The notes: generated from the sequence alone by a model not told the origin. A DNA stretch of 64,000 nucleotides from Nitrososphaeraceae archaeon (GCA_035250975.1 DATFEP010000040.1:1-64000); one strand, 5' to 3'; positions 51,319 to 61,836 are shown, numbered from the stretch's first letter. Made by a program: numbers and translations.

Positions 51319-51777
51319 ATGATCATGATTAGTTTATCTAATATTCATTTTTCTAATTGTAGCAGTAATGATAACAATAATACTAGCTTTGAAGAAAATA
51401 AGTATTTGGAGTTATCATCAAAAGACACTGTGACTAAAAACATCACATTTGAAGAATTATGTCCAGTATGGTCTAAAAAAATATCTTTAGGGTTGGATAG
51501 AGTAGATAGATTCATGATTGAGCGAGATTCAAAGTATTGCATTGTAGGTGAAGCGTGGAAATTTTCAGGAAGATATACTGGATATTATTTGGCACCTTTG
51601 ATTCCGTTTGTTGGATGCTGGACTTGTATAAATTACGCACGTAAATTTGCAAAGATTTCAAAGAATAAAAATATAAAAGAAGGTGTAACAAGAACCGATT
51701 TTGAACCTTTAATTGAATATTTTATAAACCATTGGAATGAAAAACATACTAATAAAAATATAAAAAATAAAGAATAA
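51316..51777 (+). CDS. Hypothetical protein (Cys/Trp-rich), copy 1
   Basis: FEELCPVWS...KYCIVGEAW...GCWTC...FINHWNEKH; paralog at 59767. Confidence 0.8.
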   Translation: MMIMISLSNIHFSNCSSNDNNNTSFEENKYLELSSKDTVTKNITFEELCPVWSKKISLGLDRVDRFMIERDSKYCIVGEAWKFSGRYTGYYLAPLIPFVGCWTCINYARKFAKISKNKNIKEGVTRTDFEPLIEYFINHWNEKHTNKNIKNKE

Positions 51778-52267
51778 TACAAAGAAAATAAAAATAATGC
51801 TGTAGTAGGTTAATACATATCATAACTACAATGATCATACCTAAAGAATGAATAAATGAATGTTTGAATGACCTTATTCTTATAGAAGCTTAGATACTAT
51901 AATGGCAAAGTTCAAGAAATGATTATTTAAAATTTTTTTCTTAGAAATATTATAAAATATTTTTATGTTGATTCTTTGAGGATTACATTAATAGTTATAC
52001 TCATTCACCCCAGCCCAATATTTTACTACTAAAGTTAAAATGCCAAGAGAGAACATATAAGATAAATTTCAATGTACCATATTACAACAGATATTCATGA
52101 ATAATAATTCCAATTCAATATTATGGATCAATATTAGAATTTTTTGTATAAAAATTTACGGTAATAAATACGGATTATTTATGGTTAAATTTCTATAATA
52201 TTATAAATTGATAACATTCTAAAAAAAAATTAAAAATATCAAAAAAAGTATTTATTATTTACAAACC

Positions 52268-52360
52268 ATGAAAAATAAGAATCTGCAAGACTTGTACAAC
52301 GATGACGATGAAGCAATGGATAAAGTCTTAAATAATAAAAAAGTAGATCACCCGAAATAA
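52268..52360 (+). CDS. Putative 30-aa micropeptide, copy 1
   Basis: MKNKNLQDLYNDDDEAMDKVLNNKKVDHPK; frame conserved in paralog 60782-60877 with synonymous changes. Confidence 0.6.
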   Translation: MKNKNLQDLYNDDDEAMDKVLNNKKVDHPK

Positions 52361-53147
52361 CTGGGCGACTACTACCTATCAATACTGGATTTGTATTCCA
52401 ATATCTTCAAAGGCCATATTTTAACGAGTCTTTCCATTAACCTGGATCGTTTGCTCATTTAGAAAAGGCTTTGTAATCAAAATGTAAATTATTGTATACG
52501 AATTACAAATTCGCAAAGTTTTATTTTTTCAACTCAAAATACACGAACCCAAGAAAATTATTGAGCCAGTAGGGATAACATCGATATTCATAAACAGAAA
52601 GGAAATGTACTATGAATATAACGAATAGCTGTCTACTGTGGTTGCGGTGTTTGATATCATGATTATAGTGATAATTATTTCGGTGACTGATATCTATGGA
52701 CAGACAAAAGAGATAACTTTTTTTAGATTGTTATTCTGAAAACACTGCTATTCTTGAGTTCATTATTATCTACGACATCATCTCGTTTCCATGATTTTTG
52801 CAAACAAAATATAAGATAAAAAATCCGAAACTTATCTGGGTCACTGCCGGGGCTTGATCTTATGAACGAATCGAATTTCTTGAAAAAGAAAAAAGAATCA
52901 AGAAAAGATATTGAGTTTAAACATGAATTTAATTTTACTAAATATCGTAATTAACTACAAAAGACTATCTTGATATGCTATCTTCAGTAATTATTGTGTA
53001 GATTTATTAAATTACAAAATCGTTATTATATATAAATGATAAAATCTATCAATACTGGATATAAGTTTAAAGATGAATAATAAAATAAACCATAAATTCA
53101 GATACAAAATCTTAGGAAATATTATATATATTTAGATTCGATATTGT

Positions 53148-54545
53148 TTGTATGAGATATCAATGTATGATGGTGGAGCAGATCATCTAGCAGGTGAAGA
53201 TCTAAACGTCATACAGGATTCTACTTTTATTTTGAAAAAATACATAGAAATTCTAAAGTCAGCCACCAGTGAAATACATTGGACCTATCACAATACTAAT
53301 ACAATTTCTTATCAGAGAAGCGGAATATTCGAAATATTAAGATCTCTTAAAAAGAACATTAGAGTTCAAGTGTTAATCCAAAAAACTGAGTCTAATAAAT
53401 CAATTAATCCAGAAATATACAATAAATATAACAAGAGTATAGAAGTTAGAGTAATAGAGGGAATTCCAACGTCTCCTGCTGCTTCATTCTTTGTGGTTGA
53501 TAAAAGTTTAGTATTCATAGTCATATTAAAAAATAATATTAGTAATAACTTGTCTGAAAATATTGATTCTGCAATTCTTACTACTAGAAGCTATATCGTT
53601 TCTTCTTATCATTATATATTTGATTTACTCTGGCATCAAACAGATTTACATCAACACATACAAGAAAAGAATTTGCAACTAGAAAGAAAAAATGAAGAAT
53701 TAATTGATCTCTATTCTGACTTGCGTACATCATTTGAGGCTCTTGCTAAAACAAATAAGAATCTCCAATCAGCCAATAAAGAGATTGAAATACAAAAGAA
53801 CAAACAAATAGAGTTCTTCAACATGGCAGCTCACGAACTTAGAACCCCTACTCAGTCAATTATAGGATATATTGAAATGATAAAGAATTTTCCACATAAC
53901 CTTCCAAAATATCTTGAACCATTAGATAGAAATTTAAACAGACTTTACAGGTTGACAGAAGACCTTTTTTATATAGCAAAAATAGAAAGTGATAATCTAA
54001 ATTTACATAAGATAAATTTTGATATTATTAAATTAGTAAATGAAACACTGACAGATTTCATCAATGAGTCAGACAGTAAAAATAATAATAACGATTTTAA
54101 ATTATTACTATGTTACAATAATTATGATTATCATATCCATAATAAGGACAAAATAAATAATAACAATAAATTAGATAAAAAAGGAAAACAATTATTTGTA
54201 AATGCTGATAGAGACAGAATACAACAAGTTTTATATAATTTATTAAATAATTCAAATAGATTTACCGAAAATGGTAACATTATTATCAAAATAAGAAAAC
54301 AAGAATCTGATAATGATGAAATATCAGTAAGTATACAGGATAGCGGTAAGGGAATCGACCCTGAAATATTGCCAAGACTATTTACAAAATTTACGAGTAC
54401 TTCTAAATATGAGGGTGGAACTGGACTTGGGTTATACATATCAAAGAAGATTATTGAAGAACATGGTGGCAAAATATGGGGTAGAAATAACCCTAACGGT
54501 ATGGGTCAAGGTGCAGAATTTGGCTTTTTATTGCCATTGGTCTAA
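53148..54545 (+). CDS. Soluble sensor histidine kinase
   Basis: No TM; coiled coil; AAHELRTP, NLLNNSNRFT, DSGKGI, GTGLGL. Confidence 0.92.
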   Translation: MYEISMYDGGADHLAGEDLNVIQDSTFILKKYIEILKSATSEIHWTYHNTNTISYQRSGIFEILRSLKKNIRVQVLIQKTESNKSINPEIYNKYNKSIEVRVIEGIPTSPAASFFVVDKSLVFIVILKNNISNNLSENIDSAILTTRSYIVSSYHYIFDLLWHQTDLHQHIQEKNLQLERKNEELIDLYSDLRTSFEALAKTNKNLQSANKEIEIQKNKQIEFFNMAAHELRTPTQSIIGYIEMIKNFPHNLPKYLEPLDRNLNRLYRLTEDLFYIAKIESDNLNLHKINFDIIKLVNETLTDFINESDSKNNNNDFKLLLCYNNYDYHIHNKDKINNNNKLDKKGKQLFVNADRDRIQQVLYNLLNNSNRFTENGNIIIKIRKQESDNDEISVSIQDSGKGIDPEILPRLFTKFTSTSKYEGGTGLGLYISKKIIEEHGGKIWGRNNPNGMGQGAEFGFLLPLV

Positions 54546-54627
54546 CCAATTGAGTAAAAAATAATAATTTCTCTAATTTGGACAACACTTAGTTTATATA
54601 AATAAGATAAATGTAACTGACCAAAAA

Positions 54628-54966
54628 TTATAAGTTTCTCTTTAAAAGTTTGTTATATCTCTCTCGAGCTTCATTTACACGTTCTTCGAATGAGACAATA
54701 CCTGTACTTGAAAGATTGTCTGACAATCCCATTTTTTTATAAAGAATAGTTATTATCCTTCTTTCAATGATTAATTTGCCACCATCTATTACATGGTTTA
54801 ATGCTTCATCAAGTATATACGGTTTATCAGCTGTTTTGGTAATATCAATAGAGTATTTATGTGCTAAATAATCTGTTACTATTTTTGAAACAATATCACC
54901 CAATATTTTTATCGCATTACCTACAGATTCTGCATAAACTTCTTCAAAGGAAATATTTTTAGACAT
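54628..54966 (-). CDS. Small helical protein typical of archaeal KaiC-associated loci (DUF3227-like)
   Basis: YLAHKYSI...P..LDEALNHVIDGGKLIIERRIITILYKKMGL; directly downstream of the KaiC-like gene. Confidence 0.6.
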   Translation of the reverse strand: MSKNISFEEVYAESVGNAIKILGDIVSKIVTDYLAHKYSIDITKTADKPYILDEALNHVIDGGKLIIERRIITILYKKMGLSDNLSSTGIVSFEERVNEARERYNKLLKRNL

Positions 54967-55061
54967 GAATCATAAATCACTATTATTTTTTAAGTTAGAT
55001 TCATTAGCAGTCAAAGTTACTGAGAATATTGAAACTTTATTTCTTGTTCTTGTTAATATTA

Positions 55062-56624
55062 TCATTTGTAAATTGCTTTCCTACGTTTATTTTTCATATT
55101 TTTTTCTTTCTTGGCTATTTCTTTCAGATCTATTGGAAGTTTTTGCTTTCTTTTTCGTCTCTCCATATTCTCCTCAAATTTTATCTTTTGTTCCCTATCA
55201 GCAGATCGTTGATAGGTTTTCTGAGCAATACCACTCATAATACCAGTATATTTTTTCATTGGACCTACTATTTTCATTCCTCTATCACTCACAATCAAAA
55301 ATTCTATGATTGACTGGTCGTGATTGGAAGCTCTCATTTTCAGTATCAATAACGAGCGCTTTATTTGTGATTCTGCCTCGAAATATCTAAGAACAATGAT
55401 ATTTTGAAAAATAGACGATAAACCAAGTGAAGTTACATTAATACCTGGCTGCTGGGGTTGTAGAATGGTTATTATAGAAGTCATTTCTTTACTCCGAAAT
55501 AGATTACATAGCCTTTTTGCGATTAAATAGATTTCTTGATTAGATGAATATTTGAATCCTGACAATCCATCTACCACTATACGTGACGGTTTTATAGTAT
55601 CTATATTAGATGCTAATTCTGAAATAAATGCATCCTGACTCTGATTTTCTGGGATCCAAGATAGTATATGCAGTCCTTTTTTTTCAAGGTTCTTCACATC
55701 GTAACCAATAGAGGCACCACTAGTTCTAATGTCATTAGGTGATTCTTCAAGAGAACAGAATAAGCCAATCTGACCATCAAGAACTCCTTCCGCAACAAAC
55801 TGAAATCCAAAAGTAGTTTTACCTGTACCTGACGCGCCAACCAATGCTGTTGTAGAATACTTGAAAAGTCCTCCCTGAGTTCTTTCATCTAAACCTGAAA
55901 TACCAGTTCTAATTCTATCAGTTGAAACTGGCAGAATAATCTTTAGTGGTTGTTTGGGATATACTACCATACCTTTTTCTTTAATAAAAGACACATGAGG
56001 TTCCCTAATTATCGATGTAGACCTCATTTTAATTACCCTCAAAATAATAGGAACTGCCTCCCTAAAACCATGATCAAGTTGTATAATACCATCAGCCACA
56101 AATTCCTCCATTCCTGAACCTATGCTTTTGCTTCCAAAAGGAATCTCTACTATCAGTATATTTGTTACACCTTCAGCTCGTAACATCTTTCCTAAAACAA
56201 CCTGCAAGGCAATTCTAGACTCGATAATATTATCAAAAGCAAGTTGTATTACAGAAAAGGAATCAATTACTAATCTTTTACAATCGATACTTTTACAAGT
56301 TTCAATAATTTGTTCTAGTGCATCTGCTATACCTTCCTTTGTTACAGCAGAAAAGTCTAAGAATGCAAATTTATTATCTTTCTCAAAATCTCTAAAATTC
56401 ATTCCAAATCGCTCAAGATTATCGTAGTATTGAGTTTTAGACTCACTGAATGAAACGTATACACAACTTTCCCTACGTGTTAACCCTTCATAAAGAAAGT
56501 GAGATCCAAGTATAGTTTTACCTGTACCTGGATTACCTGCTAATAAAACCGTAAATCCTTTTGGTATTCCACCCTCAATGAGTGTATCAAGAGCACTTAT
56601 ACCTGTCGATAGGCGTTCAACCAA
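55062..56624 (-). CDS. KaiC-like double-domain RecA-superfamily ATPase
   Basis: Two intact Walker A motifs (GNPGTGKT, GASGTGKT), FSES/SLEES, KMRS/KMRA arginine fingers, LSSIFQNIIVLRY. Confidence 0.9.
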   Translation of the reverse strand: MVERLSTGISALDTLIEGGIPKGFTVLLAGNPGTGKTILGSHFLYEGLTRRESCVYVSFSESKTQYYDNLERFGMNFRDFEKDNKFAFLDFSAVTKEGIADALEQIIETCKSIDCKRLVIDSFSVIQLAFDNIIESRIALQVVLGKMLRAEGVTNILIVEIPFGSKSIGSGMEEFVADGIIQLDHGFREAVPIILRVIKMRSTSIIREPHVSFIKEKGMVVYPKQPLKIILPVSTDRIRTGISGLDERTQGGLFKYSTTALVGASGTGKTTFGFQFVAEGVLDGQIGLFCSLEESPNDIRTSGASIGYDVKNLEKKGLHILSWIPENQSQDAFISELASNIDTIKPSRIVVDGLSGFKYSSNQEIYLIAKRLCNLFRSKEMTSIITILQPQQPGINVTSLGLSSIFQNIIVLRYFEAESQIKRSLLILKMRASNHDQSIIEFLIVSDRGMKIVGPMKKYTGIMSGIAQKTYQRSADREQKIKFEENMERRKRKQKLPIDLKEIAKKEKNMKNKRRKAIYK

Positions 56625-56669
56625 TGTTTTTTTGATAAAATAACAAACTAATAAGAGTTATTTATCCTA

Positions 56670-56709
56670 TATCCTAAATTGCCAAGATTATCGATATTTA
56701 ATATTCGTG
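56670..56709 (+). repeat. 40-bp direct repeat, copy B, upstream of the KaiC-like gene
   Basis: tatcctaaattgccaagattatcgatatttaatattcgtg. Confidence 0.9.
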
Positions 56710-57386
56710 TATTTTAATGGATGTTGTAATAACTTCAGGATTAAGAATAAAATATCAAGATACAATTAAACTAGGTATGGGTATAACTTGAAATTGTGAT
56801 ACGTCTAGTTCTACAATTAATATTTTTTAAAAAATATTAAAAATGCAAACTATCTGGACCAACAATGGATAGTAATTTTAAATCCCTTTGGTGGTTCATC
56901 TAAGGGGGATATGCTTTGATAAGATGGTGGATAAAGTCCTAAACGTTAGACTCATATTTTTTGTTATTAAAAATTTATTTAAGAGAATTCCTAACTTAGA
57001 AATTCTATTAAACATATTATATAAATATTTGAATAATCACTATTACATCAGTTGTTAATATACTTATTAACTTTATTGTAAGCTTACAATCAAAACTAAA
57101 TGATAAAAAAAATTGAGCAAAAAATTGGGGAAGCACTTGGTTTAAAAATTTCACACTCAAAAGTCTGAAATACTAATTCGAAAGGGTTGTCAAAAGCAGA
57201 ACATGAAAGGGAATTAATAACTATGAAAGAGGAACCAAGCAAGCAACAAAAAGAAATGGAGGATTATACTTAACTTTAATCTTATTATTATTGTAGCTAT
57301 TTCATATAAATTATTAACCATCTTCTCATTTAGCTAAAGCAGCTCTTTAAAGACATAAAGGGGGTGTATATTTAGATAATTGTTAT

Positions 57387-57923
57387 TTGGGTAAAAAAAA
57401 TAATACAAGTAATAATAGAATTTTCAACAGACTTCCTGCTAATTTTTACAAGAAATATAGAGAAACTATTTTAATGAATAAAGATTTACTTATTGCTGGC
57501 ACAATTGGATTTTTAGCTAGTGCTGTTATAGCAGAACTATATGCGATTTATTCTCCTAATAATGTATTAACTTCCACAGTAACGGTATTGGTGGGATTTA
57601 TAATATACAAGATAATTTTTATAATTCTTTTTCATATCGACAACAAACAAAAATACACCGATAAATTTACTAGGCAGATTAATTTCAATATTCTAAAGAA
57701 AATCATAAAGAAGATGGTATTTGCTTGGTCTATATTTGATATTGTTAACAATATATCACGATGGATAATACTATTTGAATTATTATTAATAGGATTCAGA
57801 CCTTTTGAAGCAGCTATAATATCTTCTATAACTGCTTCTTCTATATCCTATTTAGCAATAAATATAATCTCAAAACGTATCAAAATCTTTTCATCATTAA
57901 AGAAGAAGAATACTCAAAAATGA
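57387..57923 (+). CDS. Four-TM membrane protein (GtrA-like topology)
   Basis: Four hydrophobic segments; no firm family motif. Confidence 0.6.
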   Translation: MGKKNNTSNNRIFNRLPANFYKKYRETILMNKDLLIAGTIGFLASAVIAELYAIYSPNNVLTSTVTVLVGFIIYKIIFIILFHIDNKQKYTDKFTRQINFNILKKIIKKMVFAWSIFDIVNNISRWIILFELLLIGFRPFEAAIISSITASSISYLAINIISKRIKIFSSLKKKNTQK

Positions 57924-58211
57924 AAATAATGCCAAAGATATCTTAGAATTATAAATGAAACGCTACCAATTAGTGGAGAACTTAAACAATAAAAAAGTAT
58001 ACCTAAAGAATGTCATCATGCACTAGATACTATTACATTAGCTCATATCTGCAGGTAACATATGTATAATTATGTCAGCAAAAAAAGAAAAGATAAATGA
58101 AAAAAATTCAACTAAATTTAGTCCAGACAGTACTAATTTCAATGAAAGAACAAATAGAGACAATCACAAGTAGACAAAAAAAGTGGTGTAAACTCCATCG
58201 GATTATGGGAC

Positions 58212-58415
58212 TTGTATAATCCACAGAAAATTGTTGAAAATCACGCAGTATTGGTCAATAACTTTACAAGTTTTCTGTTAAACACGAGCAATCTCATAAA
58301 TAACACTCTAGCATCAAATATGAGGATTTACAATACAGCACTCGAGCAAACACGTGACAATCTAAAGACTTTGGTAAGAACAAATACTAGTTACATAAGA
58401 TCAGTTGTAAAATAA
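58212..58415 (+). CDS. Asn-rich helical hypothetical protein, probably a C-terminal fragment
   Basis: PQKIVENHAVLVNNFT...LINNTLASNMRIYNTALEQTRDNLK; upstream frame broken. Confidence 0.4.
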   Translation: MYNPQKIVENHAVLVNNFTSFLLNTSNLINNTLASNMRIYNTALEQTRDNLKTLVRTNTSYIRSVVK

Positions 58416-58727
58416 GTTAATACACAATGATTTAGGAATCATACCAGTAAGTAAAAATAGACCATGTTAAATATCTAACATAGTCTAATAATCTTTGGTA
58501 TTTTTTAAATCGTACCATTAGTAATATTTATTTTATTTTATAACCAAATTAAGAAGTATGTTTTATTAGGAAGAACTATGAAAATTAGAATAATTATATA
58601 TATTTTTTGATAATACTATCTTTAGCAATGAAGTCCTATATCTAGTAGGATTTTATCAATTTATACTAGATTTTTATGAAATATCAATAAATAAATTAGT
58701 AGAAATGATATATTACAAATTTAAAGA

Positions 58728-59357
58728 ATGAAGAAAAATTATACAAAAACTATTGAATTACAGAATGAATTTGCCAAGAAGGTTATAACTCATGATTATC
58801 TGAATAATAATAACATTCGGAATGTTTGTGGTATAGATGTTTCTTACAAGGATTTAAATGCTTTTTGTTCTGCTGTAATGGTTAATAAAAATACATTGCA
58901 AATAATTGAAATTGTAAATGAAAAAAGTATTGTTAAATATTCATACATTCCAGGGCTTTTTATGCTGAGAGAAGCAAAACCTTTACTAAAAACGTTGAGA
59001 TTATTAAAAAATACATTTGATTTAGTATTAATTGACGGTCATGGAATTCTACATCCAAGAAAATGTGGATTGGCTTCCTACATAGGCATTATGATTGACA
59101 AACCAACAATAGGTGTTGCAAAGAGCCTATTATGTGGATCAATACTAAAAAATAATTACGTCGAATACAACAAAACAATTCTTGGATATAGAATTAGCAA
59201 AAATAATAAAAAAGACATCTATGTCAGTGTAGGACATAAAATTAGTTTAGAAACGGCAATTGATATTATTAAAAAACTGACCAAAAAATCTGAATTTCTT
59301 CCAGAACCTTTAAGGATTGCAGATATCAATTCAAAAAAATATTCTAATTTTATATAG
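58728..59357 (+). CDS. nfi: Endonuclease V
   Basis: CGIDVSY, YIPGLFMLRE, IDGHGILHPRKCGLAS, PTIGVAKS, YVSVGH, PEPLRIAD. Confidence 0.95.
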   Translation: MKKNYTKTIELQNEFAKKVITHDYLNNNNIRNVCGIDVSYKDLNAFCSAVMVNKNTLQIIEIVNEKSIVKYSYIPGLFMLREAKPLLKTLRLLKNTFDLVLIDGHGILHPRKCGLASYIGIMIDKPTIGVAKSLLCGSILKNNYVEYNKTILGYRISKNNKKDIYVSVGHKISLETAIDIIKKLTKKSEFLPEPLRIADINSKKYSNFI

Positions 59358-59766
59358 ATAACAATATGGTAATTCATAGTTATAATGTAAATAGCAATAA
59401 TTGTTAAGTGCTATGACTTCTGAGGTTAATACGATAGCTTTACTATAATAAGGGTCTATGTTTTAGTGATTACGAAGATAAAATTTAAAAATTACTGCTA
59501 TATTTAACTTGTCTATTTTAATCATTCTGACTAGTCCATTTAGGAAATTTGTTGTTATAACTTGATTTAGAGATCTTGGCTATTTTAATTTCTTTTTTAT
59601 GTGGATTACTACGTCTTTCTGTTGTTGCTATGTAATAATTAATTGATCCGTAGTTTTTATTGGTTTGTTCACATCTAGCGATTCTAGCGAACTAATAATG
59701 AGAACAGGAAAGAAAAATTAAATTATCAGTTAATAAATTATTATATACAATGCTTTCATATATGGT

Positions 59767-60222
59767 ATGATGATAAGCGATAATTTATCTAATAATGTTT
59801 TTTCTCATGGTCGCAGTAATGATAACAATAATGCTAACTTTGAAGAAAATAAGTATTTGGACTTATCATCAAAAGACACTGTGACTAAAAACATCGCATT
59901 TGAAGAATTATGTCCAGTATGGTCGAAAAAACTATCTTTAGGATTAGATAGAGTAGATAAATTCATGATTGACCGGGATTCAAAGTATTGCATTGTAGGT
60001 GAAGCGTGGAAATTTTCAGGAAGATATACTGGATATTATTTGGCACCTTTAATTCCGTTTGTTGGATGCTGGACTTGTATAAAGTACTCACGAAAATTTG
60101 CAAAGATTTCAAAGAATAAAAATATAAAAGAAGGTTTAACAAGAACCGATTTTGAACCTTTAATTGAATATTTTATAAACCACTGGAATGAAAAACATAC
60201 AAATAAAAATATAAAAAAATAG
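59767..60222 (+). CDS. Hypothetical protein (Cys/Trp-rich), copy 2
   Basis: Near-identical to 51316-51777. Confidence 0.8.
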   Translation: MMISDNLSNNVFSHGRSNDNNNANFEENKYLDLSSKDTVTKNIAFEELCPVWSKKLSLGLDRVDKFMIDRDSKYCIVGEAWKFSGRYTGYYLAPLIPFVGCWTCIKYSRKFAKISKNKNIKEGLTRTDFEPLIEYFINHWNEKHTNKNIKK

Positions 60223-60781
60223 AAGATAATACAAGATAAGAAAAAAAATATGATATATTGTGCTAATACACGTTATATCATATGTAACTATTATAGCCAA
60301 AGAATGAATAAATGAATGTTTGAATGACCTTATTTTAAAGAATATTCAATTCCGGTAATGGGGAATGTACAAGAAAACATTCTTTTAATATTTTTTGTAA
60401 CAAATATTCAGAACATTTTTTCACTTGATCCATGGAGAATTGCGTTAATAGATAAACTTACCTCCTAGCCCAAGACGTTAGTACTAAAGTTAAAATGCAT
60501 AGAGAGAATAGGAAATCGCTAAAAGGAGACTAGCATGAGAAAATTGTAAGCCCGTTGGGTGAAGGGCATTTTTGACCTTATCTTATGTATATCATATTAT
60601 GGCAGATTTTCACGAATGATGGTTCCAAATCAAAATGATGAAAACAATATAACATTTTTCCTATGGAAATTTATGGTAACAAATATGGATTATTTCTAGC
60701 TAAGTTTCTAGAATGTTATAAAGTCATAAGATTCTAAAAAAAATTAAAAATACTGAAAAAACTATTTATTATTTACATATC

Positions 60782-60877
60782 ATGAAAAATAACAATCTGG
60801 AAGAATTATACAATGATGACGATGAAGCAATAGATAAAGTGTTCTTAAGTAGAAAAAAAGTTGATCATCCAAAATAA
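60782..60877 (+). CDS. Putative 31-aa micropeptide, copy 2
   Basis: MKNNNLEELYNDDDEAIDKVFLSRKKVDHPK. Confidence 0.6.
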   Translation: MKNNNLEELYNDDDEAIDKVFLSRKKVDHPK

Positions 60878-61176
60878 TGAGCGGTTACTATCTATCAATA
60901 CTAGACTGGTGATCAATATTTGCAAAGGCTATCTTATTAATGACTTTTCCATTACAATTAAACTAGTAGACATATAACTTTAGGCTCCTATAGACCTGTA
61001 ATTCCATTACTAATATCTTTTAAAAATATTAAACACAGAAGATCATATGAACAATTCCAAAACTACTTATTATTGTTGGTTCTAAAAGCTATTATGGATT
61101 GTTGAAATAAAAGGAACGAAATTTTGGGAGTTAGATTTAAAAAATTAATTAAAAATATAGAAAGACAAGGAAGTTT

Positions 61177-61836
61177 TCAACGTTTTCCTTTACTGCGATC
61201 AAAGAGCACTTTATTCTTATTTGCTGCAACTTGATCCATTACTGGTTCTCTGTCATTAAGTGTTATTCCCGTCAATGATTCTTCACCTACGTTAGTGGTA
61301 TTGGCCGTGTCAGAAAATGGACTATGATCCTGTTTATTTCTATCTTTTAATTCATTCTTTACCAAATTTTTTATTTGATCTGCAGTAACAATAAGTTTTT
61401 TTGGTTCTTTTTTTGAAGTAATTTTCAATTTTTGTTTAGTTGGCATCAAAGAAGATCGTTGTTGTTTTTTCTTTGTAGTACGTGTCGATCTATTTTGAAC
61501 TGATTTTTTTATTTTCTTTGTTATTGATTTTGCTACATCTCTTGCTACAGGAAAAGATACGCCTGACCTACTTACGGTTTGAGTTAACCTATCAGTATTA
61601 AATTTCTCCTCTCTTCCACTCGATCTTCTTAAAACTATATCTTTTTTAATTTTCGCAGTCGACTTACTGGTTTTTTTAAGTTTAGTCTTACTTGGTTTTT
61701 TAGATTTTAGTTTATTTGAAACATTTTTAGAATTTAGGTTAGGTTTACTTTTTTTTAATACTTTTATCTTTTCTTTTTTGGTATGATTTTTAATTTTTTT
61801 TTGTTTACCATTTTGTTTAGATATCTTTTTTATCAT
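61177..61836 (-). CDS. Lysine-rich protein containing an ATP-cone-like domain
   Basis: K/S-rich N-terminal ~65 aa; VLRRSSGREEKFNTDRLTQTVSRSG...VAKSI...VTADQIKNLVKNELK matches the ATP-cone pattern. Confidence 0.65.
   Translation of the reverse strand: MIKKISKQNGKQKKIKNHTKKEKIKVLKKSKPNLNSKNVSNKLKSKKPSKTKLKKTSKSTAKIKKDIVLRRSSGREEKFNTDRLTQTVSRSGVSFPVARDVAKSITKKIKKSVQNRSTRTTKKKQQRSSLMPTKQKLKITSKKEPKKLIVTADQIKNLVKNELKDRNKQDHSPFSDTANTTNVGEESLTGITLNDREPVMDQVAANKNKVLFDRSKGKR

Larger units (their letters stand above)
51200..52440 (+). repeat. ~1.25-kb segmental duplication, copy 1 (copy 2 at ~59690-60955)
   Basis: Shared upstream region (aactaataa..agaaca..aagaaaa), near-identical ORF, shared aagaatgaataaatgaatgtttgaatgaccttatt, shared small ORF and 3' flank. 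Confidence 0.88.
59690..60955 (+). repeat. ~1.25-kb segmental duplication, copy 2
   Basis: Homologous to 51200-52440 in the same orientation. Confidence 0.88.

Noticed and set aside
54965-55313. Phe/Leu-rich + strand ORFs resembling membrane proteins
   Set aside because: Antisense to the Lys/Glu-rich tail of the KaiC-like gene; hydrophobicity is a complement artefact
55062-56624. A true circadian clock
   Set aside because: No kaiA or kaiB in the window; archaeal KaiC-like ATPases are widespread signalling proteins
56817-56840. Perfect 24-bp palindrome ttaatattttttaaaaaatattaa
   Set aside because: Entirely A/T and low-complexity in a very AT-rich intergenic region; plausible by chance
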